DNA of 64,000 nt from Campylobacterales bacterium. Lineage in GTDB: Bacteria; Campylobacterota; Campylobacteria; Campylobacterales; QNZT01. The stretch spans positions 5,112-69,111 of the forward strand of contig JAMONX010000060.1 of assembly GCA_027066435.1 (NCBI GenBank). The letters are read 5' to 3'. The translations under genes and the position numbers were made by a program. The number at the start of each line of letters is the position of its first letter. Positions within the stretch are counted from its first letter, which is position 1. This document shows positions 8,179 to 19,337 of this stretch, piece by piece. The notes under the pieces were generated by a model. It ran no database searches, was not told where the DNA came from, and saw only the letters and a list, made by a program, of their open reading frames with translations.

Positions 8179-10509
8179 ATGCAACTTGAGTTTGAAGGCA
8201 ACTCACTAAGTTTAAAAAAAATTATAGCTTCATTTTTTAAATACAAATGGATTAATCTTCTTATAATATTCTGTACTATTTTTTTAGGCTTATTTAATTA
8301 TTACAAAAGTGTGCTTGTTTATGAATCTTGGGCTACTGTAGAGATTAGTACAAATCCATTGGATAATAGGGTTGATTTTTTTGGTAATCAAATTGGAAGA
8401 CCTGCCGCTTTAGAGACTGAGATAGATATTTTAAAATCAGAATTTTTACTAAAAAAAACACTTCACTCTATTGATCTGAGTGTTGAATACTATAAAACAA
8501 AAAGTTATAAAACTACAAGAGTTTATGAACAAAGACCTTTTATAGTTAGGAATTTATATGTCAAAAAAAGCAAAATTTATGGAAAAATGTTTAATATAAA
8601 ACATCTAAATAAATTTCAATATGAACTTTCGATGCAAAACTCATTTATGCAAGATTTATTTTCTCTATTTCCAGAACAAATTATGCCTTCATTTTTAAAA
8701 CCTTCTAAAAGAGAGATATATCGTTATGGGGAGAAAGTTTCGTTAGATAACTGCTCTTTTGTAATTGAAAAAAATGCAAATTTCCAAAGAGCTAAATATA
8801 GCTTTGTTTTAAATTCTTATGAAAATATTGTAAAAAGTATCAAAAGTAATTTAAGTATTAAACCTGCATCTTTTAAGTCCTCAGTTCTTAAAATTACATA
8901 TAAAGATAATATTGCTTCAAGAGCTAAAGATTTTTTAAACTCTTATCTTCAAAACTATCTTCTTTATAGTGAAAAAAGTTTAGTTGAAGCAGATACTAGA
9001 ACACTTGATTTTATTAATGAACAATTACAACTCATAAGTGGAAAATTAAAAGAGTCTGAAGATAGACTGCAAGGTTATAAAAGTAGCAATAATATTACAG
9101 ATATTGAGACTCAAAAGAGAGAAGTAGCTCAAAAAATTAATGATTTTCATAATCAATTAAATGATGCCAAGATTGAACTTAGAGTTGTAAATAAACTTTA
9201 TGCGGAAACTAAAAAAGGAAATTACAACATAATCAGTTCAATTGCCAAAGAGTATCCAGTCTTAAATACAATGCTTGAAAACTTAGAAGACTCAAAGCTT
9301 GAATTTGAGAGGAAGTCAGCACTCTTAACAATAAATCATCCTGAAATTATAAGTTTGACCACTGCTATTAAAAATATCGAAGGGGGAATTTTAGATATTT
9401 CCAAAGGAATCTTAGAGAGATCAAAAGAGCGGGTCAACTCTCTTAAAGGTATGATTAGAGATTATATATCAGAAATTAAAAAACTTCCAGAAATTGAAAA
9501 AGAGTTAGTAAAACATGAAAGAATTTTTGCAGTAAATGATAAAGTCTATAACTATTTATTAAATAAACAGTCTGAATTATCTATTGAAAAAGCTTCAACT
9601 AAGCCAGATAAAAAAGTGCTTGATTTTGCAAAAAAATCATCTACCCCTTTGAGTCCTAAGCTTAGTATTGCACTAGCAATTAGTACTTTTTTAGGTCTTG
9701 TCTTTGCACTACTTCATACGTTAATTAGACTCAAGCTTGATACAAAAATAAAAGATAAAAATGATATTTATGCTTTAACTGATATTCCAATTTTTGGTAT
9801 GATTCCATTTGTTAAAGATTCGGAAAAATATAACTCGGCTTATGTGTTAGATGAGCCAAATTCTATAACCAGTGAAGCATTTAGAAATATAAAAAATAAT
9901 TTAGAATATACAGTAACTAACAATAAGTGTAAAGTCATCTTAGTAACTTCAACTGTACCAAATGAAGGGAAAACTACAATTTCAGCAAATCTTTCTGCAA
10001 TATTGGGAATGGGTGAGAAAAAAGCTATATTACTCTCTTTAGATCTTCGTCGTCCAGAATTACATTATAAGTTTGCACTATCAAACAAAATTGGAATTAG
10101 TGATGTTCTCTCAAATCGAGTTAGCATAAAAGAGGTTATTTGGGAAAATGAAAACTTTAAGAATCTTAATATTGTAACTTCTGGAAAAATCCCACCAAAC
10201 CCAGCAGAACTTCTGGCATCAACTCGCATGAAAGATTTGATAAATGAGCTTAGTGATAAATATGATTATATCATTTTAGATACTCCTCCTTTTGAATATG
10301 TATCAGATGCTTTGAGTTTAGTGAAATATGCAGATGTAACATTATTTGTGTTAAAATCTGAATTTTCAGAAGATAAATATATAAAAGAAATTGATAAAAT
10401 AGTTAAAAAACTTGGTATTGAGAATCCAGGTATTATTTTAAACTCTGTAAAAGAAAAAAATTATGTAACTAAAAAATTTGATTATAAATATATCTATCAT
10501 GAAGCTTGA
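8179..10509 (+). CDS. Polysaccharide co-polymerase / tyrosine autokinase (Wzc-like)
   Basis: Two TM helices flank a long coiled-coil periplasmic domain (Wzz-like). The C-terminal P-loop ATPase has Walker A (PNEGKTT) and Walker B (YIILDTPP) plus a Tyr-rich tail (KKFDYKYIYHEA). Confidence 0.8.
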   Translation: MQLEFEGNSLSLKKIIASFFKYKWINLLIIFCTIFLGLFNYYKSVLVYESWATVEISTNPLDNRVDFFGNQIGRPAALETEIDILKSEFLLKKTLHSIDLSVEYYKTKSYKTTRVYEQRPFIVRNLYVKKSKIYGKMFNIKHLNKFQYELSMQNSFMQDLFSLFPEQIMPSFLKPSKREIYRYGEKVSLDNCSFVIEKNANFQRAKYSFVLNSYENIVKSIKSNLSIKPASFKSSVLKITYKDNIASRAKDFLNSYLQNYLLYSEKSLVEADTRTLDFINEQLQLISGKLKESEDRLQGYKSSNNITDIETQKREVAQKINDFHNQLNDAKIELRVVNKLYAETKKGNYNIISSIAKEYPVLNTMLENLEDSKLEFERKSALLTINHPEIISLTTAIKNIEGGILDISKGILERSKERVNSLKGMIRDYISEIKKLPEIEKELVKHERIFAVNDKVYNYLLNKQSELSIEKASTKPDKKVLDFAKKSSTPLSPKLSIALAISTFLGLVFALLHTLIRLKLDTKIKDKNDIYALTDIPIFGMIPFVKDSEKYNSAYVLDEPNSITSEAFRNIKNNLEYTVTNNKCKVILVTSTVPNEGKTTISANLSAILGMGEKKAILLSLDLRRPELHYKFALSNKIGISDVLSNRVSIKEVIWENENFKNLNIVTSGKIPPNPAELLASTRMKDLINELSDKYDYIILDTPPFEYVSDALSLVKYADVTLFVLKSEFSEDKYIKEIDKIVKKLGIENPGIILNSVKEKNYVTKKFDYKYIYHEA

Positions 10510-10531
10510 TTAGGTATAGGAGTGTGTATAT

Positions 10532-12433
10532 ATGTGTGGTATCGCTGGTTTTATAGATTTTTCTCAAAAGTCATCTAATGATATTTTAGAAAAGATGACA
10601 GATGTTTTACATCACAGAGGGCCAGATGATAGTGGGTATTTTTTTGACACAGAAGAAAATGCACAAATTGGTTTAGGGCATAGAAGGCTTTCTATCTTAG
10701 ATTTAAGCTCCCACGGTCATCAACCTATGAATTTTGATGATATAGAAATTGTCTACAATGGAGAAGTTTATAATTTTGTAGAGATAAAAAAAGAGTTAGA
10801 GAGATTTGGTTATATCTTTAGTTCACACACTGATACAGAAGTTATTTTAAAAGCTTATCATAAGTGGGGATTAGAGGCTCTTTCCAAACTTAATGGCATG
10901 TTTTCTATCTCAATATATGATAAAAGAATTTCAAAAGTTTTTTTAATTCGTGATCGTGCAGGTATTAAGCCTTTATATTGGTATTATGAAAATTCTATGC
11001 TTCTATATGCAAGTGAACTTAAAAGTTTTCATCAGCATCCAAATTTTAAAAAAGAGATAAACTTAGATGCACTCTCTCTTTTTTTACAATTTCAATATAT
11101 TCCTGAGCCTTACTCTATCTTTAATAATGCCCATAAACTTAGAGCTGGACATATCTTAGAGATAGATTTAAAAACAAAAGATGTCAGAGAGAGAGAGTAT
11201 TGGAGTGCAATAGAACATTATAATAAGCCAAAGCTTGATATTAGCGAAGATGAAGCAATTTTGGAGGTTGAAAAACTTTTAAAGTCATCATTCTCTTATC
11301 GTTTAGTTTCAGATGTTCCTGTCGGGATATTTTTGAGTGGTGGTTATGATAGCTCTCTTGTAACTGCACTTTTACAAAGCCAAAGGGCTGAAAAATTAAA
11401 AACTTTTACCATAGGGTTTTATGAAAAAGGTTTTGATGAAGCACCGTATGCTAAAAAAGTTGCTTCATATCTTGGCACAGAGCATTGTCAATACTATTGT
11501 ACACAAAAAGATGCGCTAGAAATTATTCCAAAATTACCAACTATCTATGATGAACCTTTTGCAGATGCATCTGCAATTCCAACAATATTAGTAAGCACTT
11601 TAGCAAAAAAAGAGGTAACAGTGACTCTTAGTGCTGATGGGGGAGATGAACTATTTGCTGGATATGAAAAATATACAAGAAGTGTAAATTATTATAAAAA
11701 ATTCTCTTATATTCCAAATTTTATAAAAACTCCTTTAGCATCTATGATGAGTAGCCTAAACCCATCTTCAATTCCTCTATTTAGGGATACATACAATTTT
11801 ACGACTAGATATGAGAAGATGCAAAATATGTTAAGCTCAAATAATCCATGTGAGATAATGAAATATGCATCTTTATACTCAACTTTCAATGAATCAAATA
11901 ATCTTTTAAAAAATAGGGTACAAACCCTGATAACAAATTTTGATAAAGGGTCTCTTTTAAATGAGTATAATGATGATATCAACAAGATGTTAGCAATTGA
12001 TTATAAAACTTATATGGTTGATGGAGTATTGACAAAAGTTGATAGAGCGACTATGAGTCTATCTCTTGAAGGTAGAGAGCCATTTTTAGATTATCGCCTT
12101 ATTGAATTTGTAGCAACCTTGCCGTCGCATCTTAAATATAAAAACGGTGTACAAAAACATCTTTTAAAAGAGATTACTCACAAATATTTGCCAAAAGAGT
12201 TGATGGATAGACCTAAGATGGGGTTTGGAGTACCGATGCAAGAGTGGTTTAAAGATGAGTTAAAAGATTATTTTTTACACTATTTAGATGCAAAGAGATT
12301 GAAAAAAGAGGGAATTTTTGATGAAAATGAAGTTGTTAAATTAAGAGATAATTATCTAAATGGAAAAAAACAGAATGTAGATACACTTTGGTCAATATTA
12401 ATGTTTGAGATGTGGTATGAGAGGTGGATGTAA
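10532..12433 (+). CDS. asnB: Asparagine synthase (glutamine-hydrolysing) family amidotransferase
   Basis: N-terminal MCGIAG nucleophile (class II glutamine amidotransferase) and the SGGYDSS PP-loop motif. 633 aa. Its position next to polysaccharide genes could mean a sugar amidotransferase role rather than Asn synthesis. Confidence 0.8.
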   Translation: MCGIAGFIDFSQKSSNDILEKMTDVLHHRGPDDSGYFFDTEENAQIGLGHRRLSILDLSSHGHQPMNFDDIEIVYNGEVYNFVEIKKELERFGYIFSSHTDTEVILKAYHKWGLEALSKLNGMFSISIYDKRISKVFLIRDRAGIKPLYWYYENSMLLYASELKSFHQHPNFKKEINLDALSLFLQFQYIPEPYSIFNNAHKLRAGHILEIDLKTKDVREREYWSAIEHYNKPKLDISEDEAILEVEKLLKSSFSYRLVSDVPVGIFLSGGYDSSLVTALLQSQRAEKLKTFTIGFYEKGFDEAPYAKKVASYLGTEHCQYYCTQKDALEIIPKLPTIYDEPFADASAIPTILVSTLAKKEVTVTLSADGGDELFAGYEKYTRSVNYYKKFSYIPNFIKTPLASMMSSLNPSSIPLFRDTYNFTTRYEKMQNMLSSNNPCEIMKYASLYSTFNESNNLLKNRVQTLITNFDKGSLLNEYNDDINKMLAIDYKTYMVDGVLTKVDRATMSLSLEGREPFLDYRLIEFVATLPSHLKYKNGVQKHLLKEITHKYLPKELMDRPKMGFGVPMQEWFKDELKDYFLHYLDAKRLKKEGIFDENEVVKLRDNYLNGKKQNVDTLWSILMFEMWYERWM

Positions 12434-12461
12434 AACTACCTTATAACAGTAGTTCCACCTC
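12421..12461. terminator. Imperfect hairpin spanning the abutting stops of convergent asnB and lnt
   Basis: GAGGTGG...CCACCTC outer stem and AACTAC/GTAGTT inner stem surround the two stop codons (12431-33 and 12436-38). No obvious U-tract. Confidence 0.3.
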
Positions 12462-13725
12462 TATTTGCACTATGGTAGATGACAGTCTTGTATTTGATAG
12501 AAAAATAACGAAGTAAAAGTTTTTGCAGTGTTGGCTCGATTGAAGGTGTAAACCAAGCATTATTGCTAGTTGCTATCATAAATTTTGGGTTTTTAACATA
12601 TAATTCTTCTCTAGTTGCTTCATAACAGATTGCATTTCTAAAGATTTCACCTTTTATATCGATATCAGTTGGGTTATCTGCGGTTTTATAATCTTCTGCA
12701 CCATTATAAAAAAAATCATTAATTAATTTATTTAGAAACTTAGGAAGTGGTATCTGTTCACCAAATGGAACTAAAATGACTTTATTGGCAATTTTTACCT
12801 TTGTATTTACAAAATAGTATGTAGAGTTATATGAGTCATAGCCATCACTATAAAGAGCTCCAGTGACTATTGTGATTTCTTGGGAAAGTTCTTTTAATTT
12901 TTCCATTAAAATTGGCTCTTGATTTAAAAATAGAGCAAATGCACTCTCACTCAAAACTACGATATCATACTTTTGTTTTATCGCTTTATATATAATATTT
13001 AAATTATTTTGTATCGATTCTTCTGCATAATAATCTTTCCATTTTATATCTTGAGAAAGATTTGTATCTGAGAGATAAATTTTCTGGTTTGAGAGTGGAA
13101 GAGAATTGTTTGGTGTAAAATTTATACTTACAATTAAAACTAAAAGTGCAATTATTCTCCACCAGGATTTCAGTGTTATAAAAAGAGCAATTGAGAGTAA
13201 AAAAAGTCCAAACTGCCACTTTGAAATTCCAAAAAAAGTATCTATGAGTGTAAGTTCGGGTATCATCCAGTTAAAATTTAATGGATGCACAAAACTAAGC
13301 CCTAAAAAGAGTAAACCTCGCATAAATGGACTTTGAAATATACCTATAATCCAAAATATTATCCCATACCCAAGTCCGACAAAAAGCACCATAAGCGGTA
13401 TGACAAACATCGCATCATAATACCTAAAAGAGAATCCAATCCAATAAAACCAAAAAACTCCTATAAAAAATCCACTCCAAAAAAGAGCTCTTTTATCACC
13501 TTTTAAAAGCATATAAAAGCCAAATATTACATTTATTGAATTTATAATTTTTAAAACTATTTCAGAAAATAGTTCATAATGTGAAAGATATATAAAAATT
13601 GAAAGAGCAAGAGCTGTTAAAAAGCCTTCTATTATAATAGAAGTGCTAAGATATCCCCTTAAATTTTTAACCTTAAAGGATGGATATGCAAGAGTCAGGA
13701 AGTGTGATAGCATCATTGTTACCAT
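12436..13725 (-). CDS. lnt: Apolipoprotein N-acyltransferase
   Basis: Polytopic N-terminal membrane domain followed by a carbon-nitrogen hydrolase-like C-terminal domain (LSESAF, ICYEAT containing the catalytic Cys context). The size and architecture fit Lnt. Confidence 0.7.
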   Translation of the reverse strand: MVTMMLSHFLTLAYPSFKVKNLRGYLSTSIIIEGFLTALALSIFIYLSHYELFSEIVLKIINSINVIFGFYMLLKGDKRALFWSGFFIGVFWFYWIGFSFRYYDAMFVIPLMVLFVGLGYGIIFWIIGIFQSPFMRGLLFLGLSFVHPLNFNWMIPELTLIDTFFGISKWQFGLFLLSIALFITLKSWWRIIALLVLIVSINFTPNNSLPLSNQKIYLSDTNLSQDIKWKDYYAEESIQNNLNIIYKAIKQKYDIVVLSESAFALFLNQEPILMEKLKELSQEITIVTGALYSDGYDSYNSTYYFVNTKVKIANKVILVPFGEQIPLPKFLNKLINDFFYNGAEDYKTADNPTDIDIKGEIFRNAICYEATREELYVKNPKFMIATSNNAWFTPSIEPTLQKLLLRYFSIKYKTVIYHSANRGGTTVIR

Positions 13726-13964
13726 TAGTTGTTTTATTTGGAATTTTTTATTTTTTAATCATTCGCCCTCAGCAAAAACAGGCTAAGCAACACAAAGAGA
13801 TGCTCGAATCACTTAAAAAAGGTGATAAGATAGTCACAAGTGGCGGTCTATATTGCGAAGTGATAAAAACTGAAGAGGATTTTATCAAAGCAAAGCTTAA
13901 TGGAGATACTACTGTAAAAATTTCAAGAGATTTTATCTCAAGAAAATTGGAAGATCAGGCATAA
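13680..13964 (+). CDS. yajC: Preprotein translocase subunit YajC
   Basis: Single TM helix followed by the IRPQQKQAKQHKEML and KGDKIVTSGG motifs. Lies immediately upstream of secD-secF. Confidence 0.85.
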   Translation: MDMQESGSVIASLLPLVVLFGIFYFLIIRPQQKQAKQHKEMLESLKKGDKIVTSGGLYCEVIKTEEDFIKAKLNGDTTVKISRDFISRKLEDQA

Positions 13965-13968
13965 GAGA

Positions 13969-15537
13969 ATGAATTATAGACTAATAATTTTTATTGTTGC
14001 TATAATTTTTGGCGTAGGAATGTCTATGCCTTCATTTTTGCAGACTGAAAAAGGTTCCAAAATATCTCTAGGACTTGATCTTCAAGGTGGACTTTATATG
14101 CTTCTTGGAGTTAAAACGGATGAAGCAGTTAAATCAAAGATGAAATCAATAGCTTCTAGTATTAAATTTTCAACCGATGATAATGATATTATTATTGATG
14201 ATTTAAAGATTCATGATGGATTTGTATCGTTTGAGCTTTTAGATGCAGATGAAGTAGAATATATTGATAAGATGATTAGTGATATCGAAGGTCTACAAGT
14301 AGCTAAAAATGGTTTGAAATATGAAGTATCATTAACAGAGTTAGAGACTCAAAATGTAAAAGAGTATGCTGTCAAACAAGCTGTTGATACGATTAGAAAT
14401 AGATTAGATCAATTTGGATTAGCTGAACCAAATGTTGCAAAACAAGGTGTTAATCAAATCATGGTAGAACTTCCTGGTATTAAAACACTAGAAGATGAAA
14501 AGAGAGCAAAAGAGCTTATTGCAAAACCAGCTTATCTTCAAATGATGGCTGTTGATGAAAAAAGAGCAGATCAAGTTTATACATTGAGTGAGGCTGAGGC
14601 TTCCGAGTATGGTGATGTAATATTGCCTGATATCAATAAAGTTGATAAACATATACTAAAAGAGGTACCAATCCTTGATGGTAGTATGTTAACAGATGCA
14701 AGAGTCGCTTTTAATGAATCCAATCAAGCCATAATAAACTTTACACTAAACAGTGAAGGTGCTAAGATATTTGGTAACTTTTCAGGAGACAATGTTGGAA
14801 ATAGAATGGCAGTAGTTCTTGATGGTATTGTCTATTCAGCTCCTGTAATTCGAGAGAGAATTGGTGGTGGAAGTGGTCAGATTAGTGGAGGATTTTCTAT
14901 AGCAGAGGCTCATGATGTTGCAATTGCATTAAGATCTGGAGCACTTTTAGCTCCAGTTGAGCTTTTAGAACAAAAAAGTGTTGGTCCCTCTTTGGGAGCT
15001 GATAGTATTAAAGCTAGTATGATTGCACTAATATCAGGATTTGCTTTAGTCTTTTTGTTTATGATTTTCTATTATGGATATGCTGGAGTGGTTTCTGATA
15101 TTGCTTTAGTTGCAAATCTTTTTATAATTATTGCAGTTATGGCTATGTTTGGAGCAACACTCACACTTCCAGGAATGGCTGGTATAGTTTTAACAGTTGG
15201 TATGGCAGTAGATGCAAATGTTATCATAAATGAGCGGATTCGTGAACTCTTAAAAAGTGGTGCTACCATAAAGACTGCTATTAGTAAAGGTTATTCAAAT
15301 GCCTTGACTGCAATTTTAGATGCAAATATCACAACCTTGATAGTTGCCGTGATACTTTATGCTTATGGTACAGGACCTATTAAAGGTTTTGCTTTGACTA
15401 TTAGTATTGGTATTTTAGCTTCAATGCTTACAGCTATTATGGGAACACATGGTGTTTATGAAGCCTTATACTCTCGTATAAATAAGAGTAAAGACTTAAG
15501 AAAATGGTTTGGTATTAGAATAGAGAAGGAGAAATAG
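13969..15537 (+). CDS. secD: Protein translocase subunit SecD
   Basis: Large periplasmic domain then six C-terminal TM helices, with conserved LGLDLQGG and VGPSLG motifs. yajC-secD-secF synteny. Confidence 0.95.
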   Translation: MNYRLIIFIVAIIFGVGMSMPSFLQTEKGSKISLGLDLQGGLYMLLGVKTDEAVKSKMKSIASSIKFSTDDNDIIIDDLKIHDGFVSFELLDADEVEYIDKMISDIEGLQVAKNGLKYEVSLTELETQNVKEYAVKQAVDTIRNRLDQFGLAEPNVAKQGVNQIMVELPGIKTLEDEKRAKELIAKPAYLQMMAVDEKRADQVYTLSEAEASEYGDVILPDINKVDKHILKEVPILDGSMLTDARVAFNESNQAIINFTLNSEGAKIFGNFSGDNVGNRMAVVLDGIVYSAPVIRERIGGGSGQISGGFSIAEAHDVAIALRSGALLAPVELLEQKSVGPSLGADSIKASMIALISGFALVFLFMIFYYGYAGVVSDIALVANLFIIIAVMAMFGATLTLPGMAGIVLTVGMAVDANVIINERIRELLKSGATIKTAISKGYSNALTAILDANITTLIVAVILYAYGTGPIKGFALTISIGILASMLTAIMGTHGVYEALYSRINKSKDLRKWFGIRIEKEK

Positions 15538-16508
15538 TGGAATTTTTTAAATCAGAAAAAACATATAATTTTATGGGTATGAGTAAGATATTTATTGTAA
15601 TTTCTACTATTATGATATTGGCATCTTGGGTACTTATCTTTACTAAAGGTTTAAATTACGGTATAGATTTTGCGGGTGGAACTGTTGTTCAAGTTCAGTA
15701 TGAAACAAAAGCACCAGTTACAAAAATTAGAGAAGTAGTGACGAGTGTAAAAGAGTATAGTAGTGCTACTGTAACGGAGTTTGGTTCACCACAAGAGGTA
15801 GTTATAAAATTTCCAACAAGTAGCAGTTCTGTAAGTACAGATATTGGGGATGAAATTAAAAAATTACTTGAAGGTACTGGTAATTTTGAGATAAGAAGAG
15901 TTGATATGGTAGGACCAAAAGTAGGAAGTGAACTTCGTGAAAAAGGTCTCTTAGCTATGGGATTTTCAATTCTAGCTATACTTATCTATATTGCTCTTCG
16001 TTTTGAGTGGCGTTTTGGTGTAGCTTCTGTTTTTGCATTAGTTCACGATGTATCTATTGCTCTTGGTATGATAGTACTATTTGAAGTTGATGTAAACCTT
16101 GATATTTTAGCAGCAATTTTAACTATAATGGGTTATTCTCTAAATGATACAATTATTGTTTTTGATAGAATTAGAGAAGGGATTAGAGAGTCAAAAATTT
16201 ATGATTTGTTTAAAATCATAAATGAATCAATTACTAAAACATTGTCTCGTACTACCCTTACATCATTAACTACATTTTTTGTGGTATTGACACTATTTTT
16301 ATTTGGTGGAGAGATTATTCACGGTTTTGGTTTTACAATGCTTGTAGGTATCGTTGTTGGGACATATAGTTCGATTTTTATAGCTTCACCATTTTTAAAA
16401 TGGCTTGGATTTGATGTAGAAGGTTATAAATTAAATGAAGCTAGAAAAGAGAAAATTAGAAAAGAGAAAGAGAAACTAAGAGCCCAATTTGAAGGTGGAG
16501 TAATTTAA
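15537..16508 (+). CDS. secF: Protein translocase subunit SecF
   Basis: GTG start overlaps the secD stop. YGIDFAGGT motif and a SecF-type membrane domain (GYSLNDTIVVFDRIRE). Confidence 0.95.
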   Translation: MEFFKSEKTYNFMGMSKIFIVISTIMILASWVLIFTKGLNYGIDFAGGTVVQVQYETKAPVTKIREVVTSVKEYSSATVTEFGSPQEVVIKFPTSSSSVSTDIGDEIKKLLEGTGNFEIRRVDMVGPKVGSELREKGLLAMGFSILAILIYIALRFEWRFGVASVFALVHDVSIALGMIVLFEVDVNLDILAAILTIMGYSLNDTIIVFDRIREGIRESKIYDLFKIINESITKTLSRTTLTSLTTFFVVLTLFLFGGEIIHGFGFTMLVGIVVGTYSSIFIASPFLKWLGFDVEGYKLNEARKEKIRKEKEKLRAQFEGGVI

Positions 16509-16542
16509 ATTATGAAGATATTTAAGATATAAAGGGGTCATT

Positions 16543-16881
16543 GTGGATTGGGGAAGAGTAATATTTATATTTTTTGCATTGATGAGTTTGACAACAACAG
16601 CAGGTTTTCTGTATGAACATAATACAACAGCACTATTTTTAGCTGCAAGTATTAATCTTGTTTCAACGCTTTTAAAAATTGGTGTCAAAAATGTACTTTC
16701 AGCTGAGCTTTTTGCATCCTCTTTGGTCGCAGATTTGCATCTCATACCTGCTTTTGTATATGCCCAGTTATTAGGTGATACACAAACTGCTATTGCTTTG
16801 GCAATTGGTGGAGTTATTGCAAATATGTTTTCAATGGCATTGGTTCTCATTGAATCTTCAAAAACAAGAGATGAATTTTAG
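16543..16881 (+). CDS. Small integral membrane protein, unknown function
   Basis: 112-aa ORF with 3-4 hydrophobic helices and a GTG start, lying between secF and leuS. The antisense ORF 16476..16850 is judged a shadow. Confidence 0.45.
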   Translation: MDWGRVIFIFFALMSLTTTAGFLYEHNTTALFLAASINLVSTLLKIGVKNVLSAELFASSLVADLHLIPAFVYAQLLGDTQTAIALAIGGVIANMFSMALVLIESSKTRDEF

Positions 16882-16889
16882 GAGAAAAA

Positions 16890-19331
16890 ATGGAATACAA
16901 TCCGTTAACAATTGAAAAAAAATGGCAGAAAACTTGGAGTGATGAAGAACTTTTTGAGCCGAGCACTGATAAAAGTAAACCTAAAAAATATATCTTAAGT
17001 ATGTTTCCATATCCTAGTGGAAAAATCCACATGGGTCATGTTAGAAATTATACAATCTCAGATGCAATAGCAAGGCATTATAGAAATAGTGGTTTTAATG
17101 TTTTGCATCCTATTGGTTGGGATAGTTTTGGAATGCCTGCTGAAAATGCTGCTATAAAACACTCATTGCACCCAAAGAGTTGGACATATGAAAATATTGA
17201 TTATATGAGGGCGGAGTTAAATTCTCTTGGATTGTCATTTTCAAAAAAAAGAGAGTTTGCAACGAGTGATAATTTATATACAAAGTTTGAACAAGAGTTT
17301 GTTATCAAGATGTATGAAAAAGGACTTTTATACAAAAAAAATCAAATTGTAAATTGGTGTGAAAATTGTCATACAGTTTTAGCAAATGAGCAAGTTGTAG
17401 AGGGGTGTTGTTGGCGTTGTGAAAATGAGATAGAACATAAAAACATGCCAGGATTTTATATAAAAATCACAAAATATGCACAAGAACTTTTAAATAATTT
17501 AAAAACTTTAGAAGATGGTTGGCCAAAGCAAGTATTGACCATGCAAGAGAATTGGATAGGAAGGAGTGAAGGTTTAGAGTTTTCACTATCTTTTGCTTCT
17601 GAATCTAAAGAGAGAGTTGATAATAAATTTGATGGTTTTACAGTCTTTACAACAAGACCTGACACAATTTATGGTGTAAGTTATACAGCACTTGCTCCCG
17701 AACATGAGATAGTAGATTATTTAATAGAGCATAATCTTTTAAATCAGCATAAAATTGATGCAATTAAAAAGATGAAGAGTATAAGTGATAGAGATAGAGC
17801 GACTTGTGAAAAAGAGGGGATTTATCTTGAACTTGATGTTTTACATCCTATTAATGGAGAAAAGATTGAAGTTTGGGTCGCAAATTTTGTTCTAATTGGA
17901 TATGGAGGAGGGGCTGTGATGGCTGTTCCTTCACATGACCAAAGAGATTATGAGTTTGCTAAAAAGTATAGACTTCCACTTATTGAAGTAATATATAGTG
18001 AAGATAGTAAACTTGATGAGTGTGCATATACAGGTGATGGACTTCTTATAAATAGTGATACATTTAATGGGCTTGATAATGAAGAGGCAAAAACAAAAGT
18101 TATAGATTATTTCCAAAAAAATCATCTTGGTAAAAAAGTTGTTAATTATAAATTAAGAGATTGGGGAATTAGTCGCCAGAGATATTGGGGATCTCCTCTT
18201 CCTTTTGTGCATTGTCCATCTTGTGGATTAGTGCCTGAAAAGATTGAAAACCTCCCTATTACCCTTCCCTTTGATGTAGAGATAACAGGTGAGGGTAATC
18301 CACTAGATTCTCATAAAAGTTGGAAATCTTGCTCTTGTCCAAAATGTGGGGAGGATGCAATAAGAGAGACTGATACAATGGATACTTTTGTACAGAGTTC
18401 TTGGTACTTTTTAAGATACTGTACACCAAACTCTACGACAAGTGCATTTGATAGAGAAGATGTAAAGTATTGGATGGGAGTTGATCACTATATTGGAGGA
18501 ATTGAGCATGCGATTTTACATCTTTTGTATGCTAGGTTTTTTACAAAAGCTCTTAGGGATTTAGGATATGTAGATATAAATGAGCCTTTTATAAATCTTT
18601 TAACACAAGGAATGGTTCTAAAAGATGGCTCAAAGATGAGTAAATCAAAAGGAAATGTAGTAGCCCCTGATGAAATTATAAAAAAGTATGGAGCAGATAC
18701 AGCGAGACTTTTTATACTTTTTGCTGCTCCTCCTGTAAAAGAGCTAGAGTGGAATGATAGTGCAATTGAGGGTGCTTTTAAATTTATAAAAAAACTTACA
18801 AATAGAGCATCAAATGTGCAAAAACAGACTTCTCTTGTAAAAATTTCTCACGATACTTTAGAAAAAAATGAAAAACTAGCTAGAGCAAAAGTCTATCAAG
18901 CTTTAAAAAAATCAAATGAAGTTTATGGTGGTAGCTTTGCTTTTAATACAGTCATAGCCGCTTGTATGGAAGCTTTAAATGCTTTAAGTGACCAGAAAAA
19001 TATTGATGTTTGGAGTGAAGGGTACTTTGTACTACTTAATGTACTAGAACCTATTATTCCACATATTTGTTGGGAGCTAAGTAGTGAACTTTTTGAGTTG
19101 GAAAACTTTAAAAAGATTGAGATTATAAAAGAGGTTTTTGAAGATGACCAAATGCTTTTAATAATCACGATAAATGGGAAAAAAAGAGAGGAAATTGAAG
19201 TCTCAAAAGAGCTTTCTAAGGAAGATATTTTATCTCAAGCTAAAGAAGTTTGTGAAAAGTGGCTTGAAGGGAAAGAGATTATTAAAGAGATTTATGTAGA
19301 TAATAAACTTGTAAATTTTGTAGCAAAGTAG
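16890..19331 (+). CDS. leuS: Leucine--tRNA ligase
   Basis: Class I HIGH-type motif (PSGKIHMGH), KMSKS motif and CP1 editing domain. 813 aa. Confidence 0.97.
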   Translation: MEYNPLTIEKKWQKTWSDEELFEPSTDKSKPKKYILSMFPYPSGKIHMGHVRNYTISDAIARHYRNSGFNVLHPIGWDSFGMPAENAAIKHSLHPKSWTYENIDYMRAELNSLGLSFSKKREFATSDNLYTKFEQEFVIKMYEKGLLYKKNQIVNWCENCHTVLANEQVVEGCCWRCENEIEHKNMPGFYIKITKYAQELLNNLKTLEDGWPKQVLTMQENWIGRSEGLEFSLSFASESKERVDNKFDGFTVFTTRPDTIYGVSYTALAPEHEIVDYLIEHNLLNQHKIDAIKKMKSISDRDRATCEKEGIYLELDVLHPINGEKIEVWVANFVLIGYGGGAVMAVPSHDQRDYEFAKKYRLPLIEVIYSEDSKLDECAYTGDGLLINSDTFNGLDNEEAKTKVIDYFQKNHLGKKVVNYKLRDWGISRQRYWGSPLPFVHCPSCGLVPEKIENLPITLPFDVEITGEGNPLDSHKSWKSCSCPKCGEDAIRETDTMDTFVQSSWYFLRYCTPNSTTSAFDREDVKYWMGVDHYIGGIEHAILHLLYARFFTKALRDLGYVDINEPFINLLTQGMVLKDGSKMSKSKGNVVAPDEIIKKYGADTARLFILFAAPPVKELEWNDSAIEGAFKFIKKLTNRASNVQKQTSLVKISHDTLEKNEKLARAKVYQALKKSNEVYGGSFAFNTVIAACMEALNALSDQKNIDVWSEGYFVLLNVLEPIIPHICWELSSELFELENFKKIEIIKEVFEDDQMLLIITINGKKREEIEVSKELSKEDILSQAKEVCEKWLEGKEIIKEIYVDNKLVNFVAK

Positions 19332-19337
19332 AAAGAG

